NCBI GenBank assembly: GCA_026389845.1
Contig: JAPLHB010000188.1
Coordinates: 51,026 to 115,025, forward strand
Reading direction: 5' to 3'
DNA length: 64,000 nucleotides
Origin: Chloroflexota bacterium
GTDB lineage: Bacteria; Chloroflexota; Anaerolineae; CG2-30-64-16
Shown here piece after piece: positions 18,953-28,686 of the stretch (position 1 is the stretch's first letter; every line of letters begins with the position of its first letter). Below the pieces are notes generated by a model, which worked only from the letters and a program-made list of their open reading frames with translations, was not told where the DNA came from and did not search any database. Position numbers and translations under genes: made by a program.

Positions 18953-19974
18953 CCGACCAGAAAGCCGTTCCTCGCACGCTCCTGCGTCGTTCCTGGCTGC
19001 TGCCCGCGGCCGGCCTGGGCCTGGCCGCGGCGACCGCGATGCGCTACTACCTGACGCACCCGCAGCGCGCCGTCGCCGAGCTGCCGGGCGACCTGGTTGC
19101 GGGGGCCAAGGATCTCTTCGTTACCGCCGAGGACGGCGCGCGGCTCCATGCGATCTGGCTGGGTGGCCGTGGCGACCGGACGATCATCCACCACCACGGC
19201 TACAACAGCAGCGGCGGCATCGTCCTGGCGCGGCGGCTGGTGATGCCACCGGCCCTGCAACGGCCGCCTTTCAGCCGGCTCTCCGAAGGGCAACTGAGCG
19301 CCTTTGTGGGTGAGGACGCCGAGCCGCTGACCGCGTGGCCGTTGGTGCGCGCAGCCCTGGGCCGCGGCTACAACTGCCTGCTCGTGGACATCCGCGGCCA
19401 TGGCCGGTCGGATGGCCCGTGGGATTCGAAGGGCGCGCTGCCGATGGACGATCTATTGGGTTGGGTGCGCTGGCTGCGGGAGGAGCAGGGCCAGCGCTGG
19501 GCTGGTCTGTGGGGCAACTCGTTCGGCGCGTCGGTGGGCCTGGCCCTGGCGGCCCAACATGCGGGCGGCGGAATAGATGCGATGGTGCTCGATAGCCCCG
19601 CGATCTCGGGCCGCGGTCTTTACTCCGGCCGGGTGCGACCTCCGATCTACTGGGCCATCCAGCCGGTGATCCAGGTGTTGGCGAATCACGATCTGTGGCG
19701 GGCCTTGCAAAACGTCCACGCCTGGATGCCGATCCTCCTTATCCACGGCATGGCCGACACCCACGTGCCTTCGTGGCAGAGCGAGCAGGTCTATAAGCTG
19801 ATCTGGGACGCCACGGCCCCGGAGCGCGCCGAGTTGTGGCTCGTCCCCGGCGCGGATCACCTGGAGGCGCTAGAGGTCGCGCCGGAGATGTACGTCAAAC
19901 GCACGTTGGACTGGTTCGATCGTTGGCTGGGAGACAATACCGCAAAGGCCACTACCGACCGCTTGTCATTCTGA
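18949..19974 (+). CDS. alpha/beta hydrolase with N-terminal anchor
   Basis: HHGY, DIRGHGRSDG, GNSFG nucleophile, IHGMADTHVP, GADH. Confidence 0.85.
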   Translation: MTDQKAVPRTLLRRSWLLPAAGLGLAAATAMRYYLTHPQRAVAELPGDLVAGAKDLFVTAEDGARLHAIWLGGRGDRTIIHHHGYNSSGGIVLARRLVMPPALQRPPFSRLSEGQLSAFVGEDAEPLTAWPLVRAALGRGYNCLLVDIRGHGRSDGPWDSKGALPMDDLLGWVRWLREEQGQRWAGLWGNSFGASVGLALAAQHAGGGIDAMVLDSPAISGRGLYSGRVRPPIYWAIQPVIQVLANHDLWRALQNVHAWMPILLIHGMADTHVPSWQSEQVYKLIWDATAPERAELWLVPGADHLEALEVAPEMYVKRTLDWFDRWLGDNTAKATTDRLSF

Positions 19975-20303
19975 GAACTGCCATGCCGCGCGGCGGCGTT
20001 CTTGCTAGAAGAAACGCCTGCGCTTGTCATGCTGAGCGGGTCTACCAGCCAGCGATCGCTGCGGCGAACATCCAGCGAAGCATCCGGCGTTGCAAGTTTC
20101 TAAGCAGCGGCTCCGCCCCGAATCTCTCGCGACGGCGTGTAACAGCGAAGAATCCCTTCGTTGCACTCAGAGCTTGCCCCTTCACTGCGTTCAGGGCTTG
20201 CCCTGAACGCAGTGAAGGGGTAGGCTCTTTGCTGGTGTGACGCCGCAACGGAATGCTCGGGAGCGACCCGCGCAGAGTGACAAAGCGAGGTTTGCGGGAA
20301 TAC
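19934..20303. mobile_element. MITE family A long composite copy (overlaps the 3' end of the hydrolase)
   Basis: TIR acaataccgcaaagg / ggtttgcgggaatac; flanks gctgggag / gtttggag; interior is a near reverse complement of 56633-56997. Confidence 0.7.
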
Positions 20304-20318
20304 GTTTGGAGGCCATTA

Positions 20319-21014
20319 GTGAACAAAACTCTTCTAGGCATTATTCGTCTGCTTATCGTCTTCGCCATGCCCATCTTCCTCGCGCTGACCGCAGCGCGCG
20401 TCATGGTGGCCGACTGGTACCCGAAGCACGAGTACGTCAAGCCCGATTTTCCGCCCGACACCTATGGCTTCACCACCGAGCAGCGGTTGGAGCGGGGGCT
20501 GACCAGCATCCACTTTCTGAATGACCCCCGCCCGGCCGACCAGGCCATCGTGTTACTCGACGCGCTGCGGCTGCCCGGCACCGACAAGGTGCTGTTCAAC
20601 CAGTACGAGCGCAGTCACATGATGGACGTCAAGCGGTTCATTGATCTCTTGTGGCGCGTGCTGGCGGTGAGCGCGCTCATCGTCGTCGGCGGGCTGGCGC
20701 TGCTGCTGGCCCGGCACAAGACGCGGGCCGATGGTTACGCGGCCATCTTCGTCGGCGGCGCGCTGACGACGGGGCTGCTCGGCTTCCTGGTCGCCTTCGT
20801 GCTGGTCGGCTGGCGTACCTTTTTCATCGGCTTCCACGAGCTTTTCTTCCAGCCCGGCAGTTGGACCTTCGACTGGAGCGACTCCCTCATCCGCCTTTTC
20901 CCCGATAAGTTCTGGTTCGACGCGGGGTTCATTTTGACGGGGGGGACGTTGGCGGCGGGGGTGGTGGTAATGGGTATTGGGTATGGGTTGGGCAGGCGTG
21001 CGCGTAGGGCGTAG
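20319..21014 (+). CDS. DUF1461-like integral membrane protein
   Basis: E.SHM.DVK, F..FHELFF..GSW.F...D.LIRLFP..FW. Confidence 0.8.
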   Translation: MNKTLLGIIRLLIVFAMPIFLALTAARVMVADWYPKHEYVKPDFPPDTYGFTTEQRLERGLTSIHFLNDPRPADQAIVLLDALRLPGTDKVLFNQYERSHMMDVKRFIDLLWRVLAVSALIVVGGLALLLARHKTRADGYAAIFVGGALTTGLLGFLVAFVLVGWRTFFIGFHELFFQPGSWTFDWSDSLIRLFPDKFWFDAGFILTGGTLAAGVVVMGIGYGLGRRARRA

Positions 21015-21031
21015 TCTATTTGGGGAAGGAA

Positions 21032-21205
21032 GTAACCGTTCAGCCTATGCCGGAACGGAAGCATCCTGAGCGGAGCGGAGCGTCTTTTGCGGAGCGCAGT
21101 CGAAGGATGCGGCCTTAGGTGATACCCGCTCCGCATTCCTTCGACTTCATCCGGCACACTTCGCCGGACTCCGCTCAGGATGCTCCGCTAGGTCTGGACG
21201 GTTAC
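21032..21205. mobile_element. MITE family F copy (TIR GTAACCGTTCAG) carrying a CATCCTGAGCGG palindrome
   Basis: gtaaccgttcag ... ctggacggttac; flanks ggaaggaa / gggaggag. Confidence 0.65.
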
Positions 21206-21220
21206 GGGAGGAGTTAGCTC

Positions 21221-21946
21221 ATGGGCTTACTCACGTGGCAAGCCGCCCTCCTGGGCCTGGGACTGGCCGTGCTTGCCATTCTACTGACGATTTGGTGGCG
21301 GCAGCAGACGTTCCGCTGGGTGATCGTGCTGCTGGTCTGCCTGGTCGCCGCGCCGCTGTTGAGTTGGTGGTCGGGCATGGCGTTCGAGGTGGCCGATTAC
21401 CGCGCCGGCTGCGATGGGTTGTGCCCTGGCTATCGCGGCGCGCCGGCGCCTTTTATCCAGGGGGAAGCGGCCGGCGGTGAGCTGCTGCCGGGGTTGTTCC
21501 TGGTCAATTGTCTGGTGTACCTGGCGCTGTTGTTGGGGTGGAGCGCGGTGATGCGCGCCATCCTCAAAAACCTACGCGCCGGCTCGCGCAACCAGCTTTG
21601 GTGGCAACTGATCGGGGGCTTGATCCTACTGGTCGGCCCGTTCGTTCTCAGCCCGCTCTACCTGCCGCCGCCGGAGGCCCATGTCCGTGGCGACTCGCAG
21701 CGCATCGCCATCAACGCGCAGCGCGAGGTGTACTTGTACGACGAGCAGGCGTCGGCGCCGATCTTGCGCGTCAGCCTGGCCGACGTGCGCCCGCGCCGTG
21801 ACGGCCAGATCGGGATGCGCGTCTGCCTGCGCCTTTACACCTTCTTCTACTTGCCCAACGGCTTCATGGTCCTGGATATGACGCCGGAAGGGGTGCATAG
21901 CAACAACGGCGGGGTGCTGCCGCTGGATAGATCCTGTTGGGACTAG
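21221..21946 (+). CDS. hypothetical membrane protein
   Basis: four hydrophobic segments, GC-typical codon use, SD ggaggag. Confidence 0.65.
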   Translation: MGLLTWQAALLGLGLAVLAILLTIWWRQQTFRWVIVLLVCLVAAPLLSWWSGMAFEVADYRAGCDGLCPGYRGAPAPFIQGEAAGGELLPGLFLVNCLVYLALLLGWSAVMRAILKNLRAGSRNQLWWQLIGGLILLVGPFVLSPLYLPPPEAHVRGDSQRIAINAQREVYLYDEQASAPILRVSLADVRPRRDGQIGMRVCLRLYTFFYLPNGFMVLDMTPEGVHSNNGGVLPLDRSCWD

Positions 21947-21972
21947 CCAAACTCGAATTACGGAGATCGCAC

Positions 21973-24066
21973 ATGACACAACGAAATCGCAACTTAATCA
22001 TCGGCCTTGTCGCCGCGGCATTGTTCCTCTGCTGCTGCGCGGTGGTCTTCGCCGGGGTAGTCGGCTGGATGACGTTCGGGCCGCAGGCGAACCGTCCGGC
22101 TACAGGCGAGCGCCCTGTCACCGTTATTACCCGTGTGGCGACGGCCGAACTGCCCGTCGCTCCTGCCACACGACCGCAGACGAGCGCAACGGCCACGCCC
22201 GGCGCCGGGGCCAAGCTGACCCCGCAGGCCGCGGCTACGCCCACGCCGCCGGCGGCGGCCGGCGGGCAGGACTTCGAGGCGCTGCTGGCCGAGGCCAAGA
22301 TGCCGGCGCGCGATCAGCGCGACCTGGCGATGCGGCTGAAGTCCGGCGTGGGCGATATCCCGCTGGTGGTCAACGCCACGCCGCCGAGCTACAAGGTTGG
22401 CGACAAGGCCAAGTTCTGGATTTCCAATGAGGACACCAAGGAACACAAACAGATCACCGCTGAGCTGCTCTACATCACGCCCCATCTCTACATGTGGGTC
22501 GAAGAGGGCATCAAGCTCAACCAGGCCGACCTGGAGAAATCCGCCAAGCGGTTCGAAGAGAAGACCTATCCTACGAATCGCGAGTTCTTTGGCAGCGAGT
22601 GGACGCCCGGCGTGGATAACGACATCCACTTGAGCATCCTCCACGCCCGCAGCCTGGGGAAGCGTGTCGCCGGTTACTACTACTCGGCCGACGAATACTC
22701 GAAATCCGTCAACCAGTATTCGAACGAGCGCGAGATGTTCTACGTCTCGGCCGAGTCGGATAACGGCAAGCCGAACAGCGACTTCTACGACGGCACCCTG
22801 GCCCACGAGTTCCAGCACATGATCCACTGGGCCAACGACCGCAACGAAGATACGTGGGTCAACGAGGGCATGTCGGAGCTGGCGAGCGAGTTGAACGGCT
22901 TCGACCCAGGCGGCGCGGAGTTCGCGTATGCCCAGAAACCCGATACACAACTGACGACCTGGGCCGACCCGAGCGAAGGCAACGACGCGCACTACGGCGC
23001 GTCGTATCTTTTCATGGCCTACTTCCTCGATCGCTTCGGCGAAGACCTGACCAAGGCGGTCGTGGCGTCGCCGGAGAACGGCATCCTCGGCTTCAACGAC
23101 GCGCTGACGAAAGCCGGTCGCGCCGAGCGGTTCGACGATATTTACGCCGATTGGCTGATCGCCAACTATCTGGACGCGCCGAAAGCCACGTCCGATGGCC
23201 GCTTCGGCTACGAGCAGATTGATCCACCTCAGCCGGCCGTGGCCGAGACGATCCGGCGCTTCCCGGCCACTGGCGCGGCGCAGGTGGGGCAGTACGCCGC
23301 AGATTTTATCAGTCTGAAGGGCCGCGGCGCAGTGACGATCAACTTCGAGGGCCAGACGCAGGTGGGGCTGGTGGACGCGCAGGTGCGAGGCAAGTCCTCG
23401 TGGTGGTCGAACCGCGGTGACGACAGCGACGCCACCCTGACCCGCGCGTTCGATCTGCGCGGCGTCAAATCGGCCACGCTGGCGTTTTCGGCCTGGTACG
23501 ACGTCGAGGACGGCTGGGACTACGCCTACGTCGCTGTTTCGACTGACGGGGGCGTAAAGTGGCAGCTCCAGCGGGGCAAGTACACCACCGACAAGAACCC
23601 CGAGGGCAACGCCTTCGGGCCGGGGTGGACGGGGATCAGCGGCGGGGGCAGAGCGCCCCAGTGGGTGCAGGAGCAGGTTGATCTGACCGCGTTCGCCGGC
23701 AAGCAGATTCTGCTGCGCTTCGAGTACGTGACCGACGACGCGGTGAACGGGCCTGGCTTCATGGTGGACGACGTTGCCATTCCCGAGCTGAGCTACAGCG
23801 ACGGCGGCGAGAACGGCGCCGGAGGTTGGGATGCGGCCGGCTGGGTGCTGACCGACAACCGGCTGGCGCAACGCTGGCTGGTGCAGTTGGTAGAGATCGG
23901 CAGCAACAAGATCACCGTTGAGCGCCTGGCCGTCGGGGCCGACGGCCGCGGTCAACTGGACGTGGCCGACCTGGGCAAGTTGGACAAAGCGGTGCTGATC
24001 ATCAGCGGTCTGGCGCCGGTGACGACCGAAGCGGCGAAGTACAGTTACACCATCGCGGTGCGATGA
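21973..24066 (+). CDS. secreted/anchored zinc metallopeptidase with immune-inhibitor-A-like C-terminal beta domain
   Basis: N-terminal TM, Pro/Thr/Ala linker, TLAHEFQHMIH...WVNEGMSE, WDYAYV.VSTDGG, RFEYVTD. Confidence 0.85.
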   Translation: MTQRNRNLIIGLVAAALFLCCCAVVFAGVVGWMTFGPQANRPATGERPVTVITRVATAELPVAPATRPQTSATATPGAGAKLTPQAAATPTPPAAAGGQDFEALLAEAKMPARDQRDLAMRLKSGVGDIPLVVNATPPSYKVGDKAKFWISNEDTKEHKQITAELLYITPHLYMWVEEGIKLNQADLEKSAKRFEEKTYPTNREFFGSEWTPGVDNDIHLSILHARSLGKRVAGYYYSADEYSKSVNQYSNEREMFYVSAESDNGKPNSDFYDGTLAHEFQHMIHWANDRNEDTWVNEGMSELASELNGFDPGGAEFAYAQKPDTQLTTWADPSEGNDAHYGASYLFMAYFLDRFGEDLTKAVVASPENGILGFNDALTKAGRAERFDDIYADWLIANYLDAPKATSDGRFGYEQIDPPQPAVAETIRRFPATGAAQVGQYAADFISLKGRGAVTINFEGQTQVGLVDAQVRGKSSWWSNRGDDSDATLTRAFDLRGVKSATLAFSAWYDVEDGWDYAYVAVSTDGGVKWQLQRGKYTTDKNPEGNAFGPGWTGISGGGRAPQWVQEQVDLTAFAGKQILLRFEYVTDDAVNGPGFMVDDVAIPELSYSDGGENGAGGWDAAGWVLTDNRLAQRWLVQLVEIGSNKITVERLAVGADGRGQLDVADLGKLDKAVLIISGLAPVTTEAAKYSYTIAVR

Positions 24067-24128
24067 GGGCGCGGAACGAACCGCAGATTGCAGATTATGG
24101 CGGCATTCCTGCGCGAATGAACTTGCGC

Positions 24129-24286
24129 TGTCATGCTGAGCGGGTTAACAAGTCAAGGTTCGCGACGGCGAGATTTCAGCGAAGCATCCTTCACTGTGTT
24201 CAGGACAGGTTCTCTTTGCGCACGAAGACTCTTTGCTGGTGTCACGCTGCGGCGCACCGTTCGTCGTCAACCCGCTCAGAGGGACA
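24129..24286. repeat. TGTCA-CTGAGCG palindromic element
   Basis: tgtcatgctgagcgggtt ... aacccgctcagagggaca. Confidence 0.75.
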
Positions 24287-24322
24287 GTTCACGAGCCGCG
24301 CGGAGCGCAGCGCAGACGAAGG

Positions 24323-25045
24323 ATGCCGCATGGAGAAGACAAGATCAAAGATTGGCTCTACCCCACGGGCGTCCTGGTTCTGATGGCGTTCGTCGCCGCG
24401 GGCACGCTGCAATCGGGGTTGCTTCTGCGCCGGTGGACGCCGCCGTTCAACCTGCTGTTGAGCCTGCCTGACAACGCGCTGCGCCTGGCGCTGATCGGCC
24501 TGTGCGTCTTCTGGGGCTGGCGCATGGGGCCGGGGCCGGCCGCGTTGGGTTGGGGCACGACCGCGCTGCCGGCCGAGCTGGCGTTCGGCGCGGGCGTGGG
24601 CCTGCTGACGGCTGCCGCGATTAATCTGGGCAGCCTGCTGGTCGTCCGCCGATGGGGGCAGGAGGCATTTTCCACCAGGCTGATCCAGTGCATCCTGCCT
24701 CTCGACAGCCGCGAGTGGCTCGGCGTGCTGCTGGCGTTGCTCCCGGCGGCCGCGGTCGAGGAACTGTTGTTCCGCTCGTTGCCGTTGGGCGGGCCGGGGC
24801 TGTTCGGGGTCGGAGGTTTGCGTCCCCACTGGCTGATGTGGCCGCTGGCGCTCTTCTTCGGATTGCTCCACTGGCCGCAAGGCGGTTGGGGCGTCGTCGG
24901 CACGACCCTGGCCGCGATCATCCTCTCGTTGCTCTTCCTCGTTACCGGAAGCCTCTGGCCGCCCCTGGCCGCACACTATGTCCTCAACGTGTCGCAGATT
25001 GTCGTGGCGAAGTGGATGGGGATGGAGGCGGTGCGGGGAGCGTGA
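24323..25045 (+). CDS. CPBP family intramembrane glutamic endopeptidase (Abi/CAAX-like)
   Basis: EELLFR, FGLLH, AHY..N motifs; multiple TM. Confidence 0.85.
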   Translation: MPHGEDKIKDWLYPTGVLVLMAFVAAGTLQSGLLLRRWTPPFNLLLSLPDNALRLALIGLCVFWGWRMGPGPAALGWGTTALPAELAFGAGVGLLTAAAINLGSLLVVRRWGQEAFSTRLIQCILPLDSREWLGVLLALLPAAAVEELLFRSLPLGGPGLFGVGGLRPHWLMWPLALFFGLLHWPQGGWGVVGTTLAAIILSLLFLVTGSLWPPLAAHYVLNVSQIVVAKWMGMEAVRGA

Positions 25046-25193
25046 TGCGTGGTGCGTGATGCGTGATGCGTGGTGCGTGATGCGTGATGCGTGATGCGTG
25101 GTGCGTGGTGCGTGGTGCGTGATGCGTGATGCGTGATGCGTGATGCGTGATGCGTGGTGCGTGATGCGTGATGCGTGATGCGTGATGCGTGGT
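25040..25193. repeat. heptamer tandem array GCGTG(A/G)T x22
   Basis: 154 nt = 22 units, varying only at one A/G position. Confidence 0.95.
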
Positions 25194-25227
25194 GTGTGTG
25201 CAGTGAATTGTCACATCATGCGGCGCG

Positions 25228-25236
25228 TGCTATACT
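25228..25236 (+). promoter_or_regulatory. putative extended -10 promoter (TGcTATACT) for hsdR
   Basis: tgctatact about 10 nt before ATG 25247, no SD visible. Confidence 0.4.
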
Positions 25237-25246
25237 TGGCACTGCC

Positions 25247-27625
25247 ATGAACAAAAAGCAACTCACCGAGCAGGAAATCCGCACCCAGTACGTGACGCCC
25301 GCAATCCAGGACGCGGGCTGGAAGCCGGGCCAGATGCGCGAGGAAGTGACCTTCGATGCTGGCCGGGTCATCGTCCGCGGAACGATCTCCATGCGCAGTT
25401 CCGACCGCAAGCGGGTGGACTATCTCCTCTACCACAAGCCCGGCATCCCCCTGGCAGTCGTCGAAGCCAAAGACAACAACCACGGCATCAGCGCGGGCAT
25501 GGATCAGGTGCTGGAATACGCCGAGATGCTGGACGTGCCGTTCGTCTACACCTCCAACGGCGACGGTTTCATGGAACATGACCGGACGGTCAAGGATGGC
25601 CCGGTCGAACGTGAGTTGGGGCTGGATGAGTTCCCGTCGCCCGATGCGCTGTGGCTGCGCTACATGCGGCATACCGGGATGGCCGCGGCCATAGAGAAGA
25701 TCGTCACCGAGGATTACTACTACGACCGCTACGGCCGCGCGCCGCGCTACTACCAGGAGGTGGCGATCAACCGGACGGTGCGCGCCATCGCCGAGGGGCA
25801 GAAGCGGCTCCTGCTGGTGATGGCGACCGGCACCGGCAAAACCTATACCGCGTTTCAGATCATCTGGCGGCTGTGGCGGGCCAAGAAGGTGCGCCGCGTG
25901 CTTTTCCTGACCGACCGGAACATCATGGCCGACCAGACCATGACCAACGACTTCCGGTTTTTCGGCGACAAGATGACCAAGGTGGTCAAGCGCCAGGTGG
26001 ACAAATCCTACGAGATCTACCTGGCGCTCTACCAGGGCATCTCAGGCGCCGAGGACTGGCAGGATGTCTATCGCCAGTTCTCGCCCGACTTTTTCGACCT
26101 GATCATCGTGGACGAATGCCACCGGGGCAGCGCGGATGCCGATTCGGCCTGGCGCGAGGTGCTGGAGTACTTCTCCTCCGCTGCGCAAATCGGCCTGACC
26201 GCCACGCCGAAGGAAACCAAGGACGCCTCCAACTTTGACTATTTCGGCGAACCGATCTACACCTACTCGCTCCGGCAGGGGATCGCCGATGGGTTCCTGG
26301 CCCCGTACAAGGTCATCCGTATTGACCTGGACCGGGACGTGGACGGCTGGCGGCCCAGGCAGGGGCAGATCGACCGCTACGGCACGCCCATCCCCGATGA
26401 GTTGTACACCAGCCGCGACTTCGATCGCACGCTGGTGATTGACGAGCGCACGGAACTGGTCGCCTGGCGCGTGAGCGAATATCTGCGAGCCACGGGCCGG
26501 ATGCAGAAGACGATCATCTTTTGTGAGGACATCGAGCACGCCGAGCGGATGCGCCACGCCATCGCCAACATGAACGGCGACCTGGTCAACGAAAACCGCC
26601 GCTACGTCATGCGGATCACCGGCGACAACCCGGTGGGCAAGGCCGAGCTGGACAACTTCATCAGCCCAGAAGAGCCTTATCCCGTGATCGCCACTACCTC
26701 TAAGCTCATGACCACTGGCGTGGATGCACAGACCTGCAAGCTGATCGTGCTGGACCAGACCATCAATTCGATGACCGAGTTCAAGCAGATCATCGGCCGC
26801 GGGACGCGCATCCGCGAGGATTTCGGCAAGACCTACTTCACGATCATGGACTTCCGCAACGTGACGCGGCTGTTCGCCGATCCCGCGTTCGACGGCGACC
26901 CGGTGCAGATTTACGAGCCGGGGCCAGACGATCCCCCCGTGCCGCCGGAGCCGGACGGCGGGACTCAGCCCCAGGCCGTCGAATACCCGATGGCTGAGGA
27001 CCAGGGCGGCGGGGCGGTCTTCACAGAACGGCCGCAGACGCGCCAGAAGTACTACGTGAACGGCGTCGAGGTGCGCATCCTGGCAGAGCGGGTACAATAC
27101 CTGGGGCCGGATGGCGTCCTCAGGACGGCCTCGTTCCGGGAGTTCAGCCGGGAGAACCTGCGGGGCCAGTACGCATCGCTGGATGATTTTCTGACCCGGT
27201 GGAACGCGGCCGCGCGCAAGGAGGCGCTGCTGGCCGAGCTGCTGGAGCAGGGCTTTTTGCTGGACAAGCTGCAAGACGGCGCCAACGCCGATCTCGACCC
27301 GTTCGACCTGATCTGCCACGTGGCGTTCGACCGGCCGCCCTTGACGCGAGGTGAGCGCGCGCGGAGTGTCCGCAAAAGCGCGCTGTTCGATGAGTACGGC
27401 GGAAAAGCCCGCGCGGTGCTCGAGGCGCTGCTTGCCAAGTACGCCGACGAGGGGATCGCACCGGTGGAGGCGGCACAGGACGACAGCAAACTGGTCAACG
27501 TGCTGCAATTGTCGCCCTTCCGGGAGATCGGCCTGCCAGTGCAGATCCTGAACGCGTTTGGCAGCAAGAAACGTTATTTCGAGGCGCTGGCCGCGCTAAA
27601 GCGTGAGATATACCGGGCGGCTTGA
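25247..27625 (+). CDS. hsdR: type I restriction enzyme R subunit (EcoAI/EcoEI-like)
   Basis: DY.L...VVEAK nuclease, RYYQ, MATGTGKT, DECHRG, GLTATP, QIIGRGTR. Confidence 0.95.
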   Translation: MNKKQLTEQEIRTQYVTPAIQDAGWKPGQMREEVTFDAGRVIVRGTISMRSSDRKRVDYLLYHKPGIPLAVVEAKDNNHGISAGMDQVLEYAEMLDVPFVYTSNGDGFMEHDRTVKDGPVERELGLDEFPSPDALWLRYMRHTGMAAAIEKIVTEDYYYDRYGRAPRYYQEVAINRTVRAIAEGQKRLLLVMATGTGKTYTAFQIIWRLWRAKKVRRVLFLTDRNIMADQTMTNDFRFFGDKMTKVVKRQVDKSYEIYLALYQGISGAEDWQDVYRQFSPDFFDLIIVDECHRGSADADSAWREVLEYFSSAAQIGLTATPKETKDASNFDYFGEPIYTYSLRQGIADGFLAPYKVIRIDLDRDVDGWRPRQGQIDRYGTPIPDELYTSRDFDRTLVIDERTELVAWRVSEYLRATGRMQKTIIFCEDIEHAERMRHAIANMNGDLVNENRRYVMRITGDNPVGKAELDNFISPEEPYPVIATTSKLMTTGVDAQTCKLIVLDQTINSMTEFKQIIGRGTRIREDFGKTYFTIMDFRNVTRLFADPAFDGDPVQIYEPGPDDPPVPPEPDGGTQPQAVEYPMAEDQGGGAVFTERPQTRQKYYVNGVEVRILAERVQYLGPDGVLRTASFREFSRENLRGQYASLDDFLTRWNAAARKEALLAELLEQGFLLDKLQDGANADLDPFDLICHVAFDRPPLTRGERARSVRKSALFDEYGGKARAVLEALLAKYADEGIAPVEAAQDDSKLVNVLQLSPFREIGLPVQILNAFGSKKRYFEALAALKREIYRAA

Positions 27626-27642
27626 GACGGGGAGGTACAACC

Positions 27643-28680
27643 ATGCCATCGCACGTGCTGGATATTCCGGCCAACTACGCAGCTTTCCTGGCCAGTCTGC
27701 AAGAGCGCATCCGCGGCGCCCAGGTACGTGCAGTGCTGTCCGTCAATCGCGAGCTGGTGCTGCTCTACTGGCAGATCGGCCGCGAGATTCTGAGCCAGCA
27801 GGATGCTCAAGGCTGGGGCGCGAAGGTGATTGACCGGCTGTCGCAGGATTTGCGCCAGGCCTTTCCTGAGATGAAGGGTTTTTCCGCACGCAACTTGAAG
27901 TACATGCGGGCGTTCGCCGAGGCCTGGCCTGACGAGCAATTTGTGCAAGAGATGCTTGCACAAATCACCTGGTACCACAACGTCGCCTTGCTCGAAAAGC
28001 TTGACCTGCCGCCAGACCGTGTCTGGTATGCCCGCAAGGCTATCGAGAACGGCTGGAGCCGCGCCATCCTCGTGCATCAGATTGATACGAAGCTACACGA
28101 GAGGCTGGGCAGTGCGCAAAGCAACTTCGCGCGCACATTGCCCGCGCCGCAATCGGAATTGGCCCAGCAGTTGCTAAAAGACCCCTACACCTTCGACTTT
28201 CTCTCCCTGGGTGAGGAGGCCCACGAGCGGGACCTGGAGCGGGCGCTGATCGAGCATCTGCGCGCCTTCCTGCTGGGGTTGGGCCTGGGCTTTGCGTTCG
28301 TCGGCAACCAGTACCATCTGGAGATCGGCGGTCAGGATTTCTACCTTGACCTGCTCTTCTACCACTTCCGCTTGCGCTGCTTCGTCGTCGTTGACCTGAA
28401 GATCGGTACCTTTCAGCCCGATGACGCAGGCAAGATGAATTTTTACCTTTCGGCGATGGATGACCTGCTGCGCGGGGAACAAGATCAGCCCTCGATCGGA
28501 CTCATCCTGTGCCGCGAGAAGAACCGGGTGATCGTGGAATACGCACTGCGCGATCTGGGCAAGCCGATCGGCATATCGGCCTATCAATTGACGCGGGCAT
28601 TGCCGGAAGGATTCCGCGGCAGCCTGCCGACGATCGAAGATCTGGAAGCCGAGCTATCCCAGAACCAGGAGACCGTGTAA
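27643..28680 (+). CDS. DUF1016/YhcG PD-(D/E)XK nuclease family protein
   Basis: VNRELVLLYWQIG, GFSARNLKYMR, KDPYTFDFL, YLDLLFYH..LRC.VVVDLK. Confidence 0.92.
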   Translation: MPSHVLDIPANYAAFLASLQERIRGAQVRAVLSVNRELVLLYWQIGREILSQQDAQGWGAKVIDRLSQDLRQAFPEMKGFSARNLKYMRAFAEAWPDEQFVQEMLAQITWYHNVALLEKLDLPPDRVWYARKAIENGWSRAILVHQIDTKLHERLGSAQSNFARTLPAPQSELAQQLLKDPYTFDFLSLGEEAHERDLERALIEHLRAFLLGLGLGFAFVGNQYHLEIGGQDFYLDLLFYHFRLRCFVVVDLKIGTFQPDDAGKMNFYLSAMDDLLRGEQDQPSIGLILCREKNRVIVEYALRDLGKPIGISAYQLTRALPEGFRGSLPTIEDLEAELSQNQETV

Positions 28681-28686
28681 CCACCC

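Noticed and set aside
24984-25214. 76-aa HHASRIT-repeat ORF
   Set aside because: Translation of the heptamer array.
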